Shown: positions 1 through 11,852, counted from the first letter of the stretch. The stretch: 64,000 nt of DNA from Minisyncoccia bacterium (GCA_044356725.1 JBIKVS010000005.1:1-64000), one strand, 5' to 3'. The notes: generated by a model from the letters alone, not told the origin. Translations and numbers: made by a program.

Positions 1-29
1 CTTATTTTTACCCTTTCTTCTATATCTAT

Positions 30-477
30 ATGTTTCATATATTCTATTTCTTAGCTTATATATGCCACTACTTATTTATTATATACCCTAGTGGTGCTTT
101 TGATTATAGAATATGCGTAGGTGCTTTAGAGGAAATAATAATTGCAATCCAAGAGGTCACAGGGATCTCAAAACCTTGGATCATTGGTCATGGTTACGAA
201 TTTGGGAGATGTCTCTTAACCTTCATCTCGCCCCTACCATTATGGGTACAACTCTCGCCTTTTGGTTGGATCTCCGGCTTTTGCATGTCAGAAGCCAGTC
301 GAAAGAGTCCACTGGCTAACCAGAGAAAGTAATTCTTATCAGAAAGATTACTGCTCGGCTGTTTTAAAGGGTTTTTCTCCCGTACGGTGTCTTAGGGCAC
401 CTGATGAAAGAGCGGCTGACTTAAATTTTTGTAGGAATCAAACTGGAGATCCTATCGGTTCCCCTGGTATTCGCTGA
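30..477 (+). pseudogene. Possible frameshifted orphan gene (overlapping ORFs 30-332 and 262-477)
   Basis: Two overlapping ORFs in different frames. The second ends just before a terminator nearly identical to the one after the next gene. No recognisable motif. Confidence 0.2.
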
Positions 478-494
478 TCTCCCATCTCATCACC

Positions 495-523
495 AAGCCG
501 GCACCCAGTGTGTCGGTCTTTTT
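495..523 (+). terminator. Intrinsic terminator, near-duplicate of 1011-1038
   Basis: gccggcac-ccagt-gtgtcggt hairpin followed by cttttt. Confidence 0.7.
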
Positions 524-555
524 CATTTCCCCTCAAAAAGTGATGTCATCTACCC

Positions 556-584
556 TTGACAAAATAGAGGAAATGTGCTATAGT
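556..584 (+). promoter_or_regulatory. Sigma70-type promoter with extended -10
   Basis: TTGACA-17 bp-TATAGT, with TG ahead of the -10. Confidence 0.65.
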
Positions 585-610
585 TTTATCGGCCTATACG
601 AGACAGTCTT

Positions 611-988
611 GTGATCAAGAACTTTCGTCGTTTCTCTTCTCTTACTCTTCTGTGCACAGTTCTCTACATTCTGGCAGGAGCTCCGGTTTCTGCTCAACCG
701 GCTTCTGGTCCAAATAATAGAGTGATTTATCCTGATGTCAGGGTATGTGTAACAAAAAAGGATGCATCTTCCTGCTATCGAGTTCCATACAATGATCCTG
801 CTTTGATCAGCTTAATTCAAAGACATAAGCCTGAGGTAAAGGAGATATATATCCCTTTATTAAGTGATGCCTATGAAAGCGGTATTCTCTTCTGGGTAAG
901 TCTTGTTTTCTTGCTATTAGCATCTAGTGGGACTGCAGCGTGGATGATTTTAAACTGGAAGAAAATTCGTCCTACTAATCCTCACTAA
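611..988 (+). CDS. Orphan exported/membrane protein (signal peptide plus C-terminal TM helix)
   Basis: 125 aa, GTG start, hydrophobic N-terminus with AxA-like cleavage region, C-terminal TM helix, own promoter and terminator. Confidence 0.65.
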   Translation: MIKNFRRFSSLTLLCTVLYILAGAPVSAQPASGPNNRVIYPDVRVCVTKKDASSCYRVPYNDPALISLIQRHKPEVKEIYIPLLSDAYESGILFWVSLVFLLLASSGTAAWMILNWKKIRPTNPH

Positions 989-1010
989 TCTTATCAACTT
1001 ACCCAGACTA

Positions 1011-1038
1011 AGACCGGCACCCAGTTGCCGGTCTTTTT
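1011..1038 (+). terminator. Intrinsic terminator abutting the convergent truB stop
   Basis: agaccggca-cccagt-tgccggtct hairpin followed by tttt. Confidence 0.75.
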
Positions 1039-1679
1039 CATTTTAATTCTGGTAAAGTGTCCAGGGTATAACAATTCTCAATAGTATATTCTCCCGATTG
1101 TCTACGTTCTAATTCCTCAAGATAAGCTCCTGTTCCGAGTTTCATACCAATATCATACCCTAGAGACCGTATATAGGTACCACTTGAGCAATATATATCT
1201 AATATGAGATAGGGATAATTATAATCTAAAACATTAATATTATAGATATTAACAAGTCTAGGAGGTATATCTACATACTCACCTTTACGAGCTAATTCAT
1301 ACATTTTCTTACCATTGATTTTGATAGCTGAGTACATAGGTGGAATTTGGCTAATTTCGCCAATAAAAGAAGCCATAGTTGACTCAATTTCTGACCTTGT
1401 AGGGACTTTTTGTATATTATACTCCTGTATTACACCATCTTTATCATAAGTATCACTAATATAGCCTAATTTTAGCTTAGTTCTATATATTTTATCTTGT
1501 TTCATAAACTCGTCACTTCTCTTGGTAGATTCCCTGCCTACAAGTAAAATTAAGACTCCAGTAGCAAAAGGATCTAGGGTACCTGCATGGCCAATTTTTT
1601 TGATACCATAAAATCGGCGTAATTTATTGACTACGGTGTGAGAAGTAATTCCAGCTGGCTTATTAATAGGAATAATCAT
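1038..1679 (-). CDS. truB: tRNA pseudouridine(55) synthase, short form without PUA domain
   Basis: NKPAGITSH, KIGHAGTLDPFATG (catalytic Asp), QIPPMYSAIK and CSSGTYIRSL motifs. Confidence 0.96.
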   Translation of the reverse strand: MIIPINKPAGITSHTVVNKLRRFYGIKKIGHAGTLDPFATGVLILLVGRESTKRSDEFMKQDKIYRTKLKLGYISDTYDKDGVIQEYNIQKVPTRSEIESTMASFIGEISQIPPMYSAIKINGKKMYELARKGEYVDIPPRLVNIYNINVLDYNYPYLILDIYCSSGTYIRSLGYDIGMKLGTGAYLEELERRQSGEYTIENCYTLDTLPELK

Positions 1680-1726
1680 ATAGAATATTGTAGCATAAAA
1701 TCAATCTATTTAGAATTATATATTAG

Positions 1727-1789
1727 TGTCCTCCCTTGGGGTAGGTGGTCACTCCCATACTTTAGTTTGGGAGTGGACGCAGGAGGACA
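1727..1789. repeat. REP-like palindromic element, unit 1, with a different internal hairpin
   Basis: tgtcctcc...ggaggaca ends shared with 15779-15824; centre holds actccca-N10-tgggagt. Confidence 0.7.
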
Positions 1790-1816
1790 TTTATGACTAA
1801 AGAAAAATACCTCCCA

Positions 1817-2062
1817 TCAGTCGTTGGGAGGTATTTGGGTACCAATGTCTTCAATCATTGTCAATCCGATACTTTTATCTGATGGTTCATTCTCATCTAG
1901 ATCAAATGCTATAGTCAATTTTGTTATTAACTCTAGTACTCTTTGTTTTCTTTTTTTGATTATTTCAGTTGAAAATCTTTCAGTGTTTTTATAATTACAA
2001 GCTAACCATTTCAATTCATCCCAGAGTTCATGGATTGTGTTCCAAATTTGATTAAATTGCAT
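1817..2062 (-). CDS. Orphan hypothetical protein
   Basis: ATG at 2062 lies downstream of TTGACT-17-TATACT (2092-2120); a terminator hairpin at about 1802-1835 overlaps the stop. Confidence 0.5.
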   Translation of the reverse strand: MQFNQIWNTIHELWDELKWLACNYKNTERFSTEIIKKRKQRVLELITKLTIAFDLDENEPSDKSIGLTMIEDIGTQIPPND

Positions 2063-2123
2063 CACTAAATTGATTGATATACAACACAAAAAGTATATAA
2101 TATTATGATTATATAGTCAACAC

Positions 2124-2148
2124 AAAAAAGCGCCGTGTAGACGCTTTT
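2124..2148 (-). terminator. Terminator after the HU gene
   Basis: aaaagcg...cgctttt hairpin with T-tracts on both strands. Confidence 0.65.
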
Positions 2149-2169
2149 CTATGAATGCAAAGTACAAAT

Positions 2170-2445
2170 TTATTTCACTGCATCTTTCAACTTCTTTCCT
2201 GCTTTGAATTTAGGAGTTTTGGTTGCAGCAATTTGAATCTTTTCTAAGGTTCTTGGGTTAACCCCTACTCGTGCTTGTCTTTGGGTTACTGAAAAAGTTC
2301 CAAATCCAGCTAAAGTAACGTCATCACCTTTAGAAAGAGTCTTGGTTACTACATCAAGGAAAGCTTGAAGTACAGCTTCAGCATCTTTCTTTGATGTTCC
2401 AGCCATTTCAGATACTGCTGATACTAGTTCTGCTTTAGTTGCCAT
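2170..2445 (-). CDS. hup: HU family DNA-binding protein
   Basis: MATKAELV...GFGTFSV..R.AR.G.NPRT...PKFKAGKKLKDAVK; AGGGGGTG SD-like element upstream of ATG 2445. Confidence 0.95.
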   Translation of the reverse strand: MATKAELVSAVSEMAGTSKKDAEAVLQAFLDVVTKTLSKGDDVTLAGFGTFSVTQRQARVGVNPRTLEKIQIAATKTPKFKAGKKLKDAVK

Positions 2446-2550
2446 CTTACACACACCCCCTTTCTCATATTGTTTAAGTTAATATTTTTTAGTTGGATAT
2501 ATTTATCCTATTTCAATCATATAGTATATATGCGGAATTGTAAAGGGTTT

Positions 2551-4077
2551 TTATCTAGCATAGTCAATAATACGAGTCTCTCTTATCAAAGTTACTTTAA
2601 TTTCTCCTGGATATTTAAGCTCTTCCTCTATCTTCATTGCAATCTTACGAGCCATTTTTTTGGCTTGTATATCACTAATTTTATATGGTGTTACAAATAC
2701 TCGAATCTCTCTACCAGCATTAATAGCATAGCTACGGTCCACTCCATAAAAAGCATTGGTAATTGATTCCAATTCACCTAATCTCTTGATATAGTTATCC
2801 ACAGAATCTCTTCTAGCACCAGGTCTAGAAGCAGACAAAGCATCAGCCGCTTGAACAATTCTAGATTCTAAAGTTTCATAAGGATATTCCTCATGATGAG
2901 ACTGCATAGCCTTGATAACTTCTTCTTTTATACCATATTTGCCCAATAAATGCCTCCCAATTTCAACATGAGTACCTTCTACCTCATGATCTAGGGCTTT
3001 TCCAATATCGTGGAACAGACCACCCATTTTAGCCACCATAACATTAGCCCCTAATTCAGCCGCCATAGCTCCAGCCAGATGAGCTACCTCTACACTGTGC
3101 ATAAGCACATTTTGCCCATAACTAGTTCTAAATTGTAATCTACCTAAAATATAAGTTAGTTTAGGGTCTATTCCTGTAATTCCAGTATCATATAGAGCCG
3201 CCTCTCCAGCTTCTTTGATATTTTGTTGTACCAATTCTTTGGACCTCGCTACAAACTCCTCAATACGAGCAGGTTGTATTCGTCCATCTTCAATCAAAGC
3301 CTCCAGAGATAACTTAGCAATATGCCTACGGATAGGGTCAAAACAAGACAAAACAATACTATCTGGGCTATCATCAATAATAACCTGTACTCCCGTAGCA
3401 TTTTCTAAAGCTCTAATATTTCGCCCTTCTTTACCGATAATTCTACCTTTAAGTTCCTCACTATCAATAGCTACTGTAGCCGTATTGAATTCAGCAGATT
3501 GACCTTGAGCATATTTTTGCATAGCCAAGACCATAATATTCTTAGCTTTTTGCTCTAGTTGGTTTTTACGAACTCCTTCTAATCTTTCAATTTGTAATAA
3601 CAACTCTTCATGAGAGGTTTCCTCAACTTTTTCTAATAATTCAGTTTTAGCTTGATCAATACTAAATCCAGCTATTTTACTAAGATGTTCAACCTGCTTT
3701 AATTTTAAGTCTTCTACCTCGCGATATAATTCTTTAATTCGCTCTCCTTTACCTTTGAGTTCTTGACGATTCTGTTCTAGTTCTTTAATTTGTTTTTCTA
3801 AGTCTTTTTCTCTTCTTAAAACACTTTCTTCCAATAAAACAGCCGTTTTACGAATTTCTGAGGCCTCTTGTCTAGCCTTATCCTTAATAGATTCTGATTC
3901 CTTTTCAGCTTCTTTTTTTAATTCGGCTGACTTTTCCTCGAATTGAGTTTGCAGTGATTGAATTTGAGCTTCTTTTGCATTAATTGATTTATTAACAATG
4001 TATAATCTCAGACCATATCCTATTCCAATACTTGCTAATGAGCTTAATCCCAACCACAATAATGGTATTGTAGTCAT
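2551..4077 (-). CDS. rny: Ribonuclease Y
   Basis: N-terminal TM helix, coiled coil, KH domain (KGRIIGKEGRNIR), HD domain (RTSYGQNVLMHS, FHDIGK). Confidence 0.97.
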   Translation of the reverse strand: MTTIPLLWLGLSSLASIGIGYGLRLYIVNKSINAKEAQIQSLQTQFEEKSAELKKEAEKESESIKDKARQEASEIRKTAVLLEESVLRREKDLEKQIKELEQNRQELKGKGERIKELYREVEDLKLKQVEHLSKIAGFSIDQAKTELLEKVEETSHEELLLQIERLEGVRKNQLEQKAKNIMVLAMQKYAQGQSAEFNTATVAIDSEELKGRIIGKEGRNIRALENATGVQVIIDDSPDSIVLSCFDPIRRHIAKLSLEALIEDGRIQPARIEEFVARSKELVQQNIKEAGEAALYDTGITGIDPKLTYILGRLQFRTSYGQNVLMHSVEVAHLAGAMAAELGANVMVAKMGGLFHDIGKALDHEVEGTHVEIGRHLLGKYGIKEEVIKAMQSHHEEYPYETLESRIVQAADALSASRPGARRDSVDNYIKRLGELESITNAFYGVDRSYAINAGREIRVFVTPYKISDIQAKKMARKIAMKIEEELKYPGEIKVTLIRETRIIDYAR

Positions 4078-4159
4078 ATAATATTCTATAATAAATTAAA
4101 TGTATATTTTGTATACTTTTTTAGTATACCATAAATCTACAAATTATGTATAGAGTATA

Positions 4160-4939
4160 TTATTCTATTAATACAGATTCATACCAATATTGTCCTTGTA
4201 TAGTTCCATCATAGCTAATTTCCTTATCTCCTGCACTAACAAATAATAATTTACTTATAGTAGATCCATCTTCAATAGGTTTTATAAAGAATCTATTATT
4301 TCCTTTAGCATACTTCCCACATATTGGAGTAGAATCTTTAACTTTTGTATCTTTAGCGATTACAAAGTACTTATTATCTTGCTGTTCTATTTTACAAAGT
4401 TCTTCTTGCTTATCATCTAATATTTGCAAGTTTATAATCTCTGGTATAGTATTAAATCTAAAATTATCTTCTATATCTATAATTTCAATAGATTGCCCAG
4501 ATTCTTTATCCTCTTCAAAATTATGCAAATAGATTTTATTATCATTACTTCTTGGTTCAGGTGCAGATACAGCTAAGAATTTCTCTTTATCTACTAAACT
4601 TATAACTTCATAAGCAAAGGCAATACCTAGTTCTGGAGAATAATAGTAATCTAAAACACTAGAATTCCTTGGATTAGGTAGCTTAGATTGTAACCTTAGT
4701 GGCATAATGCTCCAATAAAAATAATCACCACTTCCCTGCCCTTGTTCTATAGCCTCAATACTTTCTTCAGTTGGTAAATTATTGTTATTATTACTAGGAG
4801 TATTTTGATTAGTAGCTGACTGATTATTAGCATTATTAGAACCAGAAGAGCCATTATTCAGGAGTACATAAGTAATTACAATACCTACAATAGCTACTGC
4901 TATTACTATACCCCATATTATAATGGCTTTTCTAGACAT
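4160..4939 (-). CDS. Membrane-anchored hypothetical protein with Asn-rich linker
   Basis: 259 aa; N-terminal TM helix followed by N/S/Q-rich linker. Confidence 0.75.
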   Translation of the reverse strand: MSRKAIIIWGIVIAVAIVGIVITYVLLNNGSSGSNNANNQSATNQNTPSNNNNNLPTEESIEAIEQGQGSGDYFYWSIMPLRLQSKLPNPRNSSVLDYYYSPELGIAFAYEVISLVDKEKFLAVSAPEPRSNDNKIYLHNFEEDKESGQSIEIIDIEDNFRFNTIPEIINLQILDDKQEELCKIEQQDNKYFVIAKDTKVKDSTPICGKYAKGNNRFFIKPIEDGSTISKLLFVSAGDKEISYDGTIQGQYWYESVLIE

Positions 4940-5007
4940 AATTTTTATTTGGTTATTAAGTTTTTTGTATACAATTATTATACACTATTAACTTAATTTT
5001 GTGAAAT

Positions 5008-8000
5008 CTATCTTTCAGTCTCAAATCCTGTTCCAGCTGGGATTAATCGTCCTATGATGACATTCTCTTTTAATCCTCTTAGATGGTCTTCTTTTCCAAA
5101 TAAAGCAGCTTCTATCAATACCTTCGTAGTGTTTTGGAATGAAGCGGCTGATAGGAAACTTTCAGTATTAAGAGCAACTTTAGTAATACCTTGTAGAAGA
5201 GGATCAACTTGAATCTTATCTTCTTTAACTTCAATAAGATTATTAGCTTCTAGCAACTGGTCTCTAGTAATTGTCTGTCCTTTAAGATAAATAGATTTAC
5301 CAGGTTCTGTAACCATATATCGAGAAGTCATTTGTCTTACAATCATCTCAACATGCTTAATAGCAATTCCAGCTCCTTGAGAATTATAGATTTCTAGAAT
5401 TTGCTGAATAATATATTTAGTCAAAGTCTCAATTCCAGCTTGTTTATATAGTTTCTCTAGGTCAAGATGTCCTTCGGTTAATGGTTGCCCTATGGTTACT
5501 ATATCTCCTACCTTTACGATTACTATATCTACAATTGGGTCGGCCACAATTTCTTTAATCTCAGCCTTAGATTTGACAGCCTTAGCATCCTCAGCTTTAA
5601 TCTTAATTCTTATTTCTCCAGCAGTCTCAACTACATCTACCACTACTCCATTTACCGTTGACATAATAGCAGGAGTTTTTGGATTTCTAGCCTCAAATAC
5701 TTCTTCTACTCTAGGAAGACCTTTAGTTACATCAGCAGCACCAGCAGAACCTCCTTGATGGAAAGTACGCATTGTCAACTGAGTAGCTGGCTCTCCAATA
5801 GCCTGAGCGGTTACAATTCCTACTGCTTCACCAATTTTGACTAATTCATTTCGCCCAAGGTCAATTCCATAACAAGACTGACAAACTCCACGAATAGTTT
5901 TACAACTTACTAAACTTCTAATTCGTATATTGTCAACTCCGGATTCATCAATTAGTTGAGCTTGCTGATGAGTGATTAAATCACCTGCCTTAACTATTGT
6001 CTTTTTAGTCTTAGGATTAATAATATCCTCTACAGAATATCTACCGAATAAGAAGTTATCAAAGCTATCTCCAGCATATTCAGCATCAATTCTAGATAAT
6101 AATAATCCATCAGTGTCACCACAATCAGCTTCTTTTACTACCACATCCTGATTAACATCTACTAATCTTCTAGTCAAATATCCAGAAGTAGCAGTTTTCA
6201 AAGCAGTATCTACAAGTCCCTTACGAGCTCCATGAGTAGATATGAAGTACTCTAATTCAGATAATCCTTCTAGGAAACTTGAAGTTATAGGAGTCTCAAT
6301 AATTTTACCAGATGGAGATATCATCAATCCTTTCATTCCAGCAATTTGGGTTAATTGTCCCCAAGAACCTCTAGCTCCAGAATCAATCATTGAAAATACA
6401 GGTCCTTTTTTATCTACCTCAGATTTTACCAAGTCACCAATATCAAGAGAGGTTTTACTCCAAATGTCTATAATTTGAGCATATCTTTCTTTTTCAGTTA
6501 GAAGTCCATCTTCGAATTGCATAGTAACTTCAGCTACTCCATCTTGAGCTTTCTTGATTAACTTTTCTCTTTCATCAGATACCGTAAAGTCACTAATTGC
6601 CCAAGACAAACCTGATCGTGTCATTTCCTCAAAACCAAACTTCTTAATTCTATCTAATAATTCACCAACTTCTGGTTGAGAAAATTCATAAAGAGCCTTA
6701 TTCAAAATATTCTTGAGTTGCTTTTTACCAACTACCTCATTGATATATTCAAAACTATCTGGCAAAATTTCATTGAATGAGATTCTACCAACTGTTGTTT
6801 GAATTACCTCACCATTAAGTTTAGGTTCTTTTCTAATCTCAACCAATTCTCTTAATTCAATTTGTCCATGGTCATAAGCTCCTACAGCTTCATCAAAGTT
6901 CTTGAATACTTTTACTTCACCTTTAGCCTCATCAATCAGAGTAGTGTAATAGATACCTAAAACCATATCTTGAGACGGAGCAGAAGAAGGACTACCATCA
7001 GATGGTTTGATAAGATTATGGTCAGAAATCATCAATTCCCCAGCTTCTCTTACAGCTTCTTCGGATAGAGGTACATGTACCGCCATCTGGTCACCATCAA
7101 AGTCAGCATTGAATGGACTACAAACCATTGGACTCAATTGAATAGCCTTACCTTCAATCAAAACTGGTTTGAAAGCTTGAATACTCAATCTATGTAAGGT
7201 TGGCGCTCGGTTCAACAAGACATATCTGTGCTCAATCACTTCATCTAAGATATCCCAAACAACATCTAGACCTTGTTCAATCAATCTAGTAGCACTTCGA
7301 ATATTATGAGCTAATTCATCCTCTATTAAGCGATTGATAATAAATGGTTTGAATAGTTCTAAAGCCATAGTTTTTGGAATCCCACACTCATTAATTTTGA
7401 GATTAGGTCCAACTACAATAACAGAACGAGCAGAATAATCAACTCTTTTTCCAAGTAAATTCTGTCGAAATCGCCCTTGCTTTCCTTTTAGAGAATCAGC
7501 TAAAGATTTAAGAGCTCTCTTTTGTCCAGTTGAAGCCACGGTAGTAGATTGCCCTTTTCGCATTGAATTATCAACTAAAGCATCTACTGCCTCTTGTAAC
7601 ATTCTCTTTTCATTACGAACAATAACTTCAGGAGCTCTTTGAGACATCAATTTTTTGAGACGATTATTTCGATTAATTACTCTTCGATATAAATCATTCA
7701 AATCAGATGTAGCAAATCTACCACCATCAAGAGCAACCATAGGTCTTAAGTCCGGTGGGATTACAGGTAAATGAGTTAAGAACATCCATTCAGGTCTAAC
7801 TCCAGCTTGATGCAGACCTCCTAAGAATCGGATTTTCTTCATTATCTTCTGAGCTTTTGCTCCATCAGCTACCTCTAATTCTTTATCTAAATTAGCTAAT
7901 TCATCTTCTAAATCAATACCAGCAAAAATCTCTCTCAAAACAGTAGATCCAGTCTGAGCCTTGAATACAGGAGCAAATTTCATAGACATTAATCTATAAT

Positions 8001-8640
8001 CAATTTCTGAGATAATATTCCATTTCTCAAGTGCATTAAGAAACTCTAAGTTCTGTTGTTTAGAATCAAACAATTCTTTTAGAGCTTCTTCACTATCATT
8101 TCCACCACTAGTTAACTCTTTAAGTTTAGACTTATACTCAGCTTCTACCTGTTTGGCATAATCTTTTTTCAAGTTTTCATCAACTTCAGTAATTATATAG
8201 CTAGAATAATAAACTACCTTCTCTACATCAGCTAAAGTTTGGTCTAAAACCAAAGCAATTCGACTAGGAATATTTCTCAAGAACCAAATGTGTGCAATAG
8301 GTACAGCAAGTTCAATATGTCCCATTCTTTCTCTTCTTACAGAAGCTTTGGTAACTTCCACGCCACATTTATCACAGACAATTCCTTTATATCGAATTCT
8401 TCTGTATTTACCACAAGAACATTCAAAGTCACGAACTGGACCAAATATTTTCTCTGAAAATAGACCATCTTTCTCAGCTTTTTGAGTACGATAGTTAATA
8501 GTTTCTGGTTTAGTAACCTCGCCATGAGACCAAGAAAGGATATCTTCAGGAGAAGCTAAATTTAATTGTATAGAGTCAAAGTCAACCACATTCATAGATA
8601 TGGTCTCTGGAGCATTGTTAGGTGTAAGTTGATTATTCAT
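5008..8640 (-). CDS. rpoC: RNA polymerase beta' subunit
   Basis: KPETINYRT, Zn-finger cysteines, NADFDGDQM active site, [17 protein letters not shown]. Confidence 0.99.
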   Translation of the reverse strand: MNNQLTPNNAPETISMNVVDFDSIQLNLASPEDILSWSHGEVTKPETINYRTQKAEKDGLFSEKIFGPVRDFECSCGKYRRIRYKGIVCDKCGVEVTKASVRRERMGHIELAVPIAHIWFLRNIPSRIALVLDQTLADVEKVVYYSSYIITEVDENLKKDYAKQVEAEYKSKLKELTSGGNDSEEALKELFDSKQQNLEFLNALEKWNIISEIDYRLMSMKFAPVFKAQTGSTVLREIFAGIDLEDELANLDKELEVADGAKAQKIMKKIRFLGGLHQAGVRPEWMFLTHLPVIPPDLRPMVALDGGRFATSDLNDLYRRVINRNNRLKKLMSQRAPEVIVRNEKRMLQEAVDALVDNSMRKGQSTTVASTGQKRALKSLADSLKGKQGRFRQNLLGKRVDYSARSVIVVGPNLKINECGIPKTMALELFKPFIINRLIEDELAHNIRSATRLIEQGLDVVWDILDEVIEHRYVLLNRAPTLHRLSIQAFKPVLIEGKAIQLSPMVCSPFNADFDGDQMAVHVPLSEEAVREAGELMISDHNLIKPSDGSPSSAPSQDMVLGIYYTTLIDEAKGEVKVFKNFDEAVGAYDHGQIELRELVEIRKEPKLNGEVIQTTVGRISFNEILPDSFEYINEVVGKKQLKNILNKALYEFSQPEVGELLDRIKKFGFEEMTRSGLSWAISDFTVSDEREKLIKKAQDGVAEVTMQFEDGLLTEKERYAQIIDIWSKTSLDIGDLVKSEVDKKGPVFSMIDSGARGSWGQLTQIAGMKGLMISPSGKIIETPITSSFLEGLSELEYFISTHGARKGLVDTALKTATSGYLTRRLVDVNQDVVVKEADCGDTDGLLLSRIDAEYAGDSFDNFLFGRYSVEDIINPKTKKTIVKAGDLITHQQAQLIDESGVDNIRIRSLVSCKTIRGVCQSCYGIDLGRNELVKIGEAVGIVTAQAIGEPATQLTMRTFHQGGSAGAADVTKGLPRVEEVFEARNPKTPAIMSTVNGVVVDVVETAGEIRIKIKAEDAKAVKSKAEIKEIVADPIVDIVIVKVGDIVTIGQPLTEGHLDLEKLYKQAGIETLTKYIIQQILEIYNSQGAGIAIKHVEMIVRQMTSRYMVTEPGKSIYLKGQTITRDQLLEANNLIEVKEDKIQVDPLLQGITKVALNTESFLSAASFQNTTKVLIEAALFGKEDHLRGLKENVIIGRLIPAGTGFETER

Positions 8641-8663
8641 AGAGATATCTTATTAAATGATGA

Positions 8664-11600
8664 TTATTCTTGAGTTTCTTCTACAGTTGTTTTGGCATTT
8701 TTCAATTTTACATTGATACCAAGACCTTTTAATTCATTTACTAACACGTGGAAAGATGAAGGAATATATGGAGCTTGAATTTGCTCACCCTTAATGATAG
8801 ATTCATAAGCTTTAGAGCGACCAATCACATCATCAGACTTAATAGTTAACATTTCTTGCAACATATGAGAAGCCCCATAACCTTCAAAAGCCCAGACTTC
8901 CATTTCTCCCAATCTCTGACCTCCCATTTGAGCTTTACCTCCTAGAGGTTGTTGAGTAATCAAAGAGTAAGGACCAGTAGATCTCATATGCAACTTATCT
9001 TCAATTAAATGATTTAATTTCATCACATACATAACTCCAACCGTAGTCTTCTCTCTATAAGGCTCACCAGTTTTTCCATCATAAAGCTGAATTTTTCCAT
9101 CCTCCGGTAAACCAGCTTCTTTTAGGAGTTCCTTGATTTTATCCATACTAATTCCATTCAAAGCAGGAGTAGCAACTTTCATACCAAGAGCAGCTACAGC
9201 AAGTCCTAAATGAGTTTCATAAACTTGACCTAGATTCATACGAGAAGCAATTCCAAGAGGAGTTAGAAGTATGTCTAGAGGCATACCATCAGCTGAGAAA
9301 GGCATATCTTCTTGAGGTAATATTTTAGCAATAACACCTTTATTTCCGTGCCTACCAGCTAATTTATCCCCAACACTAACCTTTCTTAAGTGAACAACAC
9401 TAACTTGAACTCTTTTAATAACTCCACTAGGAAGTTTATCCCCATTAGCACGAGTAAATATTTTAACTCCAACTACTTTACCTTGATGACCATTAGGCAT
9501 TTTAAGTGAAGAGTCCTTAACTTCTCTAGACTTTTCACCAAAGATAACTCTTAGCAATCTTTCCTCAGCAGTTAAATCGGTCTCTCCCTTAGGGCTAATT
9601 TTACCAACCAGAATACTTCCAGCCTTCACAGTAGCTCCAATTCTTACAATACCTTCAGCATCTAAGTCCTTTAATCTCTCCTCAGAAACATTAGGAATAT
9701 CTCGAGTTACCTGCTCTTCTCCAAGACGAGTATCAGACACGTCAATTGAGAAATCTTCAATATGCACAGAAGTAAAGACATCATCTTTTACCAATCTATC
9801 TGAGATAATAATAGCATCCTCAAAGTTACTTCCCTCATAGGACATAAATCCTACTCTCAAGTTTTGCCCAAGAGCTAATTCACCATCTTGCATAGAAGAA
9901 CCATCAGCTAATAGATCACCTCTCTTAACCTTTTGTCCAGGAACACATTTTACCTTTTGGTTAACGCTAGTAGATTGGTTAGAGTTTAAGAATTTAGTCA
10001 AATCAAATCTAGTCCTTTGCTTAGATTTAGCATATTCAAATACAATATGAGAAGCATCAGCCTCAATAACAACACCATCCTCAGGAGCCAGAATCAACTG
10101 CCCACTATAAATAGCAGCATCCTTTTCCATACCAGTTCCAACCATAGGAGAGTCGCTTTTAATAGACGGCACTCCCTGCTTTTGCATGTTTGAACCCATC
10201 AAAGCTCTAGCAGAGTCATTATGCTCTACAAAAGGAATCAAAGAAGTGGAAACAGAAATCAATTGTTTTGGAGAAACATTAATAAATTCAATTTCATCTC
10301 TATCAGCTACAATCACATTACTGTCCTTACGAGCAATAATTCTATCATTTTGAATCATTCCCTTCTCATCAATCTCAACCACCGCAGAAGCAATAAGATA
10401 AGTTTTTTCAGTAGCAGCATCAAAATACACAACTTCATCAGTCACTTTTCCCTTTACAACTTTTCTAAAAGGAGTTTCAAGGAAACCATATTCATTAATA
10501 TGAGCATAAGTCGCCAATTGACCAATCAAACCAATATTTGGCCCTTCAGGAGTTGCAATCGGACAAATTCTACCAAAAGAAGTAGGATGTACGTCACGAA
10601 CCTCAAATCCAGCTCTATCACGAGCAAGACCATTTGGTCCAAGAGCAGAAACTCTTCTCTTATGCTCTAACTCAGACAAAGTATTAATCTGATCCATGTA
10701 CTGAGATAATTGGCTAGATGAGAAAAATTCATGAATAGCAGCCACAAGCGGCCTAGCATTAATCACACTAGTAGGAGTAATATTCTCAGGATCAGCAGTA
10801 CTCATTCTATCCTTAATAATTTTCTCCATACGAGCAAAACCAACTCTAGCTCGCTCTTGCACCAACTCTCCAATCAATCTAACTCTTCTATTGCTAAGAT
10901 TATCAATATCATCAGGCATAGCCTCAGGAGTATTATTCATTCTAATGATTTCTTTAACAATCATTACGAAATCTTCCACCTGCAGAACTCTATGTTTTGG
11001 CTCCTCACTAAGGTCAACACCTAATCTTGAATTAACCTTATATCGCCCAACCTTACCAAGATCATAACGACTAAAGTTGAAGAACATACCCTCAATCAAC
11101 TGCCTAGCATTGTCATCAGTAGCTAAATCACCCGGTCGAATTCTTCTATAAACCTCCACAAAACCAGATTTCTGATCTTTGGCAACATCCTTAGCAATAG
11201 TTTCTTTAATAAACTTAACATTGCCAGTATCAACATCAGCAAAAGTAGAAATCAAATCACTATTTTTGCTAATTCCAAAAGCTCGAAGCAAAGCAGTAAG
11301 AGCTACTTTTCTCTTTCTATCGATTTTGGCCCACATAACACCAGTTCCATCAGTCTCAATCTCAATCCAAGCCCCGCGAGTAGGAATAAGTTTAGCTCCA
11401 AAATATCTCTTATCACGAGAAATATTCTCAGTGAAGAACACACCAGGAGATCTCAAAATCTGAGCAATAATAACTCTTTCAGTACCATTAATAATAAAAG
11501 TACCTCGCTCAGTCATCATAGGAACGTCCCCTAAGAACACTTCCTGAGTAGTTTTCTTTTTAGTTTGATTATTAATCAGAGTGATTTTAGCTCGTAGAGG

Positions 11601-11852
11601 AGCTTCGAAAGTGATATTTTTAGCTCTAGATTGAACCTCAGAGAGTTTAGGTTCATCTATTCTATAACCAGAGAATTCCAGTCTATATTCCTGACCAGTC
11701 CAGTCCAATACAGGATAATGTTCCTCGAACAAATCTCTCAACCCTTCTTGCAAAAACCACTTATAAGAAGTTAATTGAGGCTCAATTAGATTTGGCAACT
11801 CCAAATCAACTGATTTCTTAAAGAAAACTCTCTGATTTTTTGACATATGCAT
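8664..11852 (-). CDS. rpoB: RNA polymerase beta subunit (compact)
   Basis: GTFIINGTERV, SQLSQYMDQ..HKRRVSALG, GDKLAGRHGNKG, GGQRLGEME. Confidence 0.99.
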   Translation of the reverse strand: MHMSKNQRVFFKKSVDLELPNLIEPQLTSYKWFLQEGLRDLFEEHYPVLDWTGQEYRLEFSGYRIDEPKLSEVQSRAKNITFEAPLRAKITLINNQTKKKTTQEVFLGDVPMMTERGTFIINGTERVIIAQILRSPGVFFTENISRDKRYFGAKLIPTRGAWIEIETDGTGVMWAKIDRKRKVALTALLRAFGISKNSDLISTFADVDTGNVKFIKETIAKDVAKDQKSGFVEVYRRIRPGDLATDDNARQLIEGMFFNFSRYDLGKVGRYKVNSRLGVDLSEEPKHRVLQVEDFVMIVKEIIRMNNTPEAMPDDIDNLSNRRVRLIGELVQERARVGFARMEKIIKDRMSTADPENITPTSVINARPLVAAIHEFFSSSQLSQYMDQINTLSELEHKRRVSALGPNGLARDRAGFEVRDVHPTSFGRICPIATPEGPNIGLIGQLATYAHINEYGFLETPFRKVVKGKVTDEVVYFDAATEKTYLIASAVVEIDEKGMIQNDRIIARKDSNVIVADRDEIEFINVSPKQLISVSTSLIPFVEHNDSARALMGSNMQKQGVPSIKSDSPMVGTGMEKDAAIYSGQLILAPEDGVVIEADASHIVFEYAKSKQRTRFDLTKFLNSNQSTSVNQKVKCVPGQKVKRGDLLADGSSMQDGELALGQNLRVGFMSYEGSNFEDAIIISDRLVKDDVFTSVHIEDFSIDVSDTRLGEEQVTRDIPNVSEERLKDLDAEGIVRIGATVKAGSILVGKISPKGETDLTAEERLLRVIFGEKSREVKDSSLKMPNGHQGKVVGVKIFTRANGDKLPSGVIKRVQVSVVHLRKVSVGDKLAGRHGNKGVIAKILPQEDMPFSADGMPLDILLTPLGIASRMNLGQVYETHLGLAVAALGMKVATPALNGISMDKIKELLKEAGLPEDGKIQLYDGKTGEPYREKTTVGVMYVMKLNHLIEDKLHMRSTGPYSLITQQPLGGKAQMGGQRLGEMEVWAFEGYGASHMLQEMLTIKSDDVIGRSKAYESIIKGEQIQAPYIPSSFHVLVNELKGLGINVKLKNAKTTVEETQE

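Noticed and set aside
1038-1040. Genetic code 25 (TGA = Gly) as in Gracilibacteria
   Set aside because: Long conserved genes are open in code 11 with no internal TGA, and truB ends at TGA at a plausible position.
10630-10730. Intrinsic rifampicin-resistance substitutions in RpoB
   Set aside because: Residues equivalent to E. coli Q513, D516, H526, S531 and L533 are all conserved.
2470-11463. Short + strand ORFs opposite rny, rpoC and rpoB, and similar shadows opposite other long genes
   Set aside because: Antisense shadow ORFs of well-supported genes, with no independent signals.
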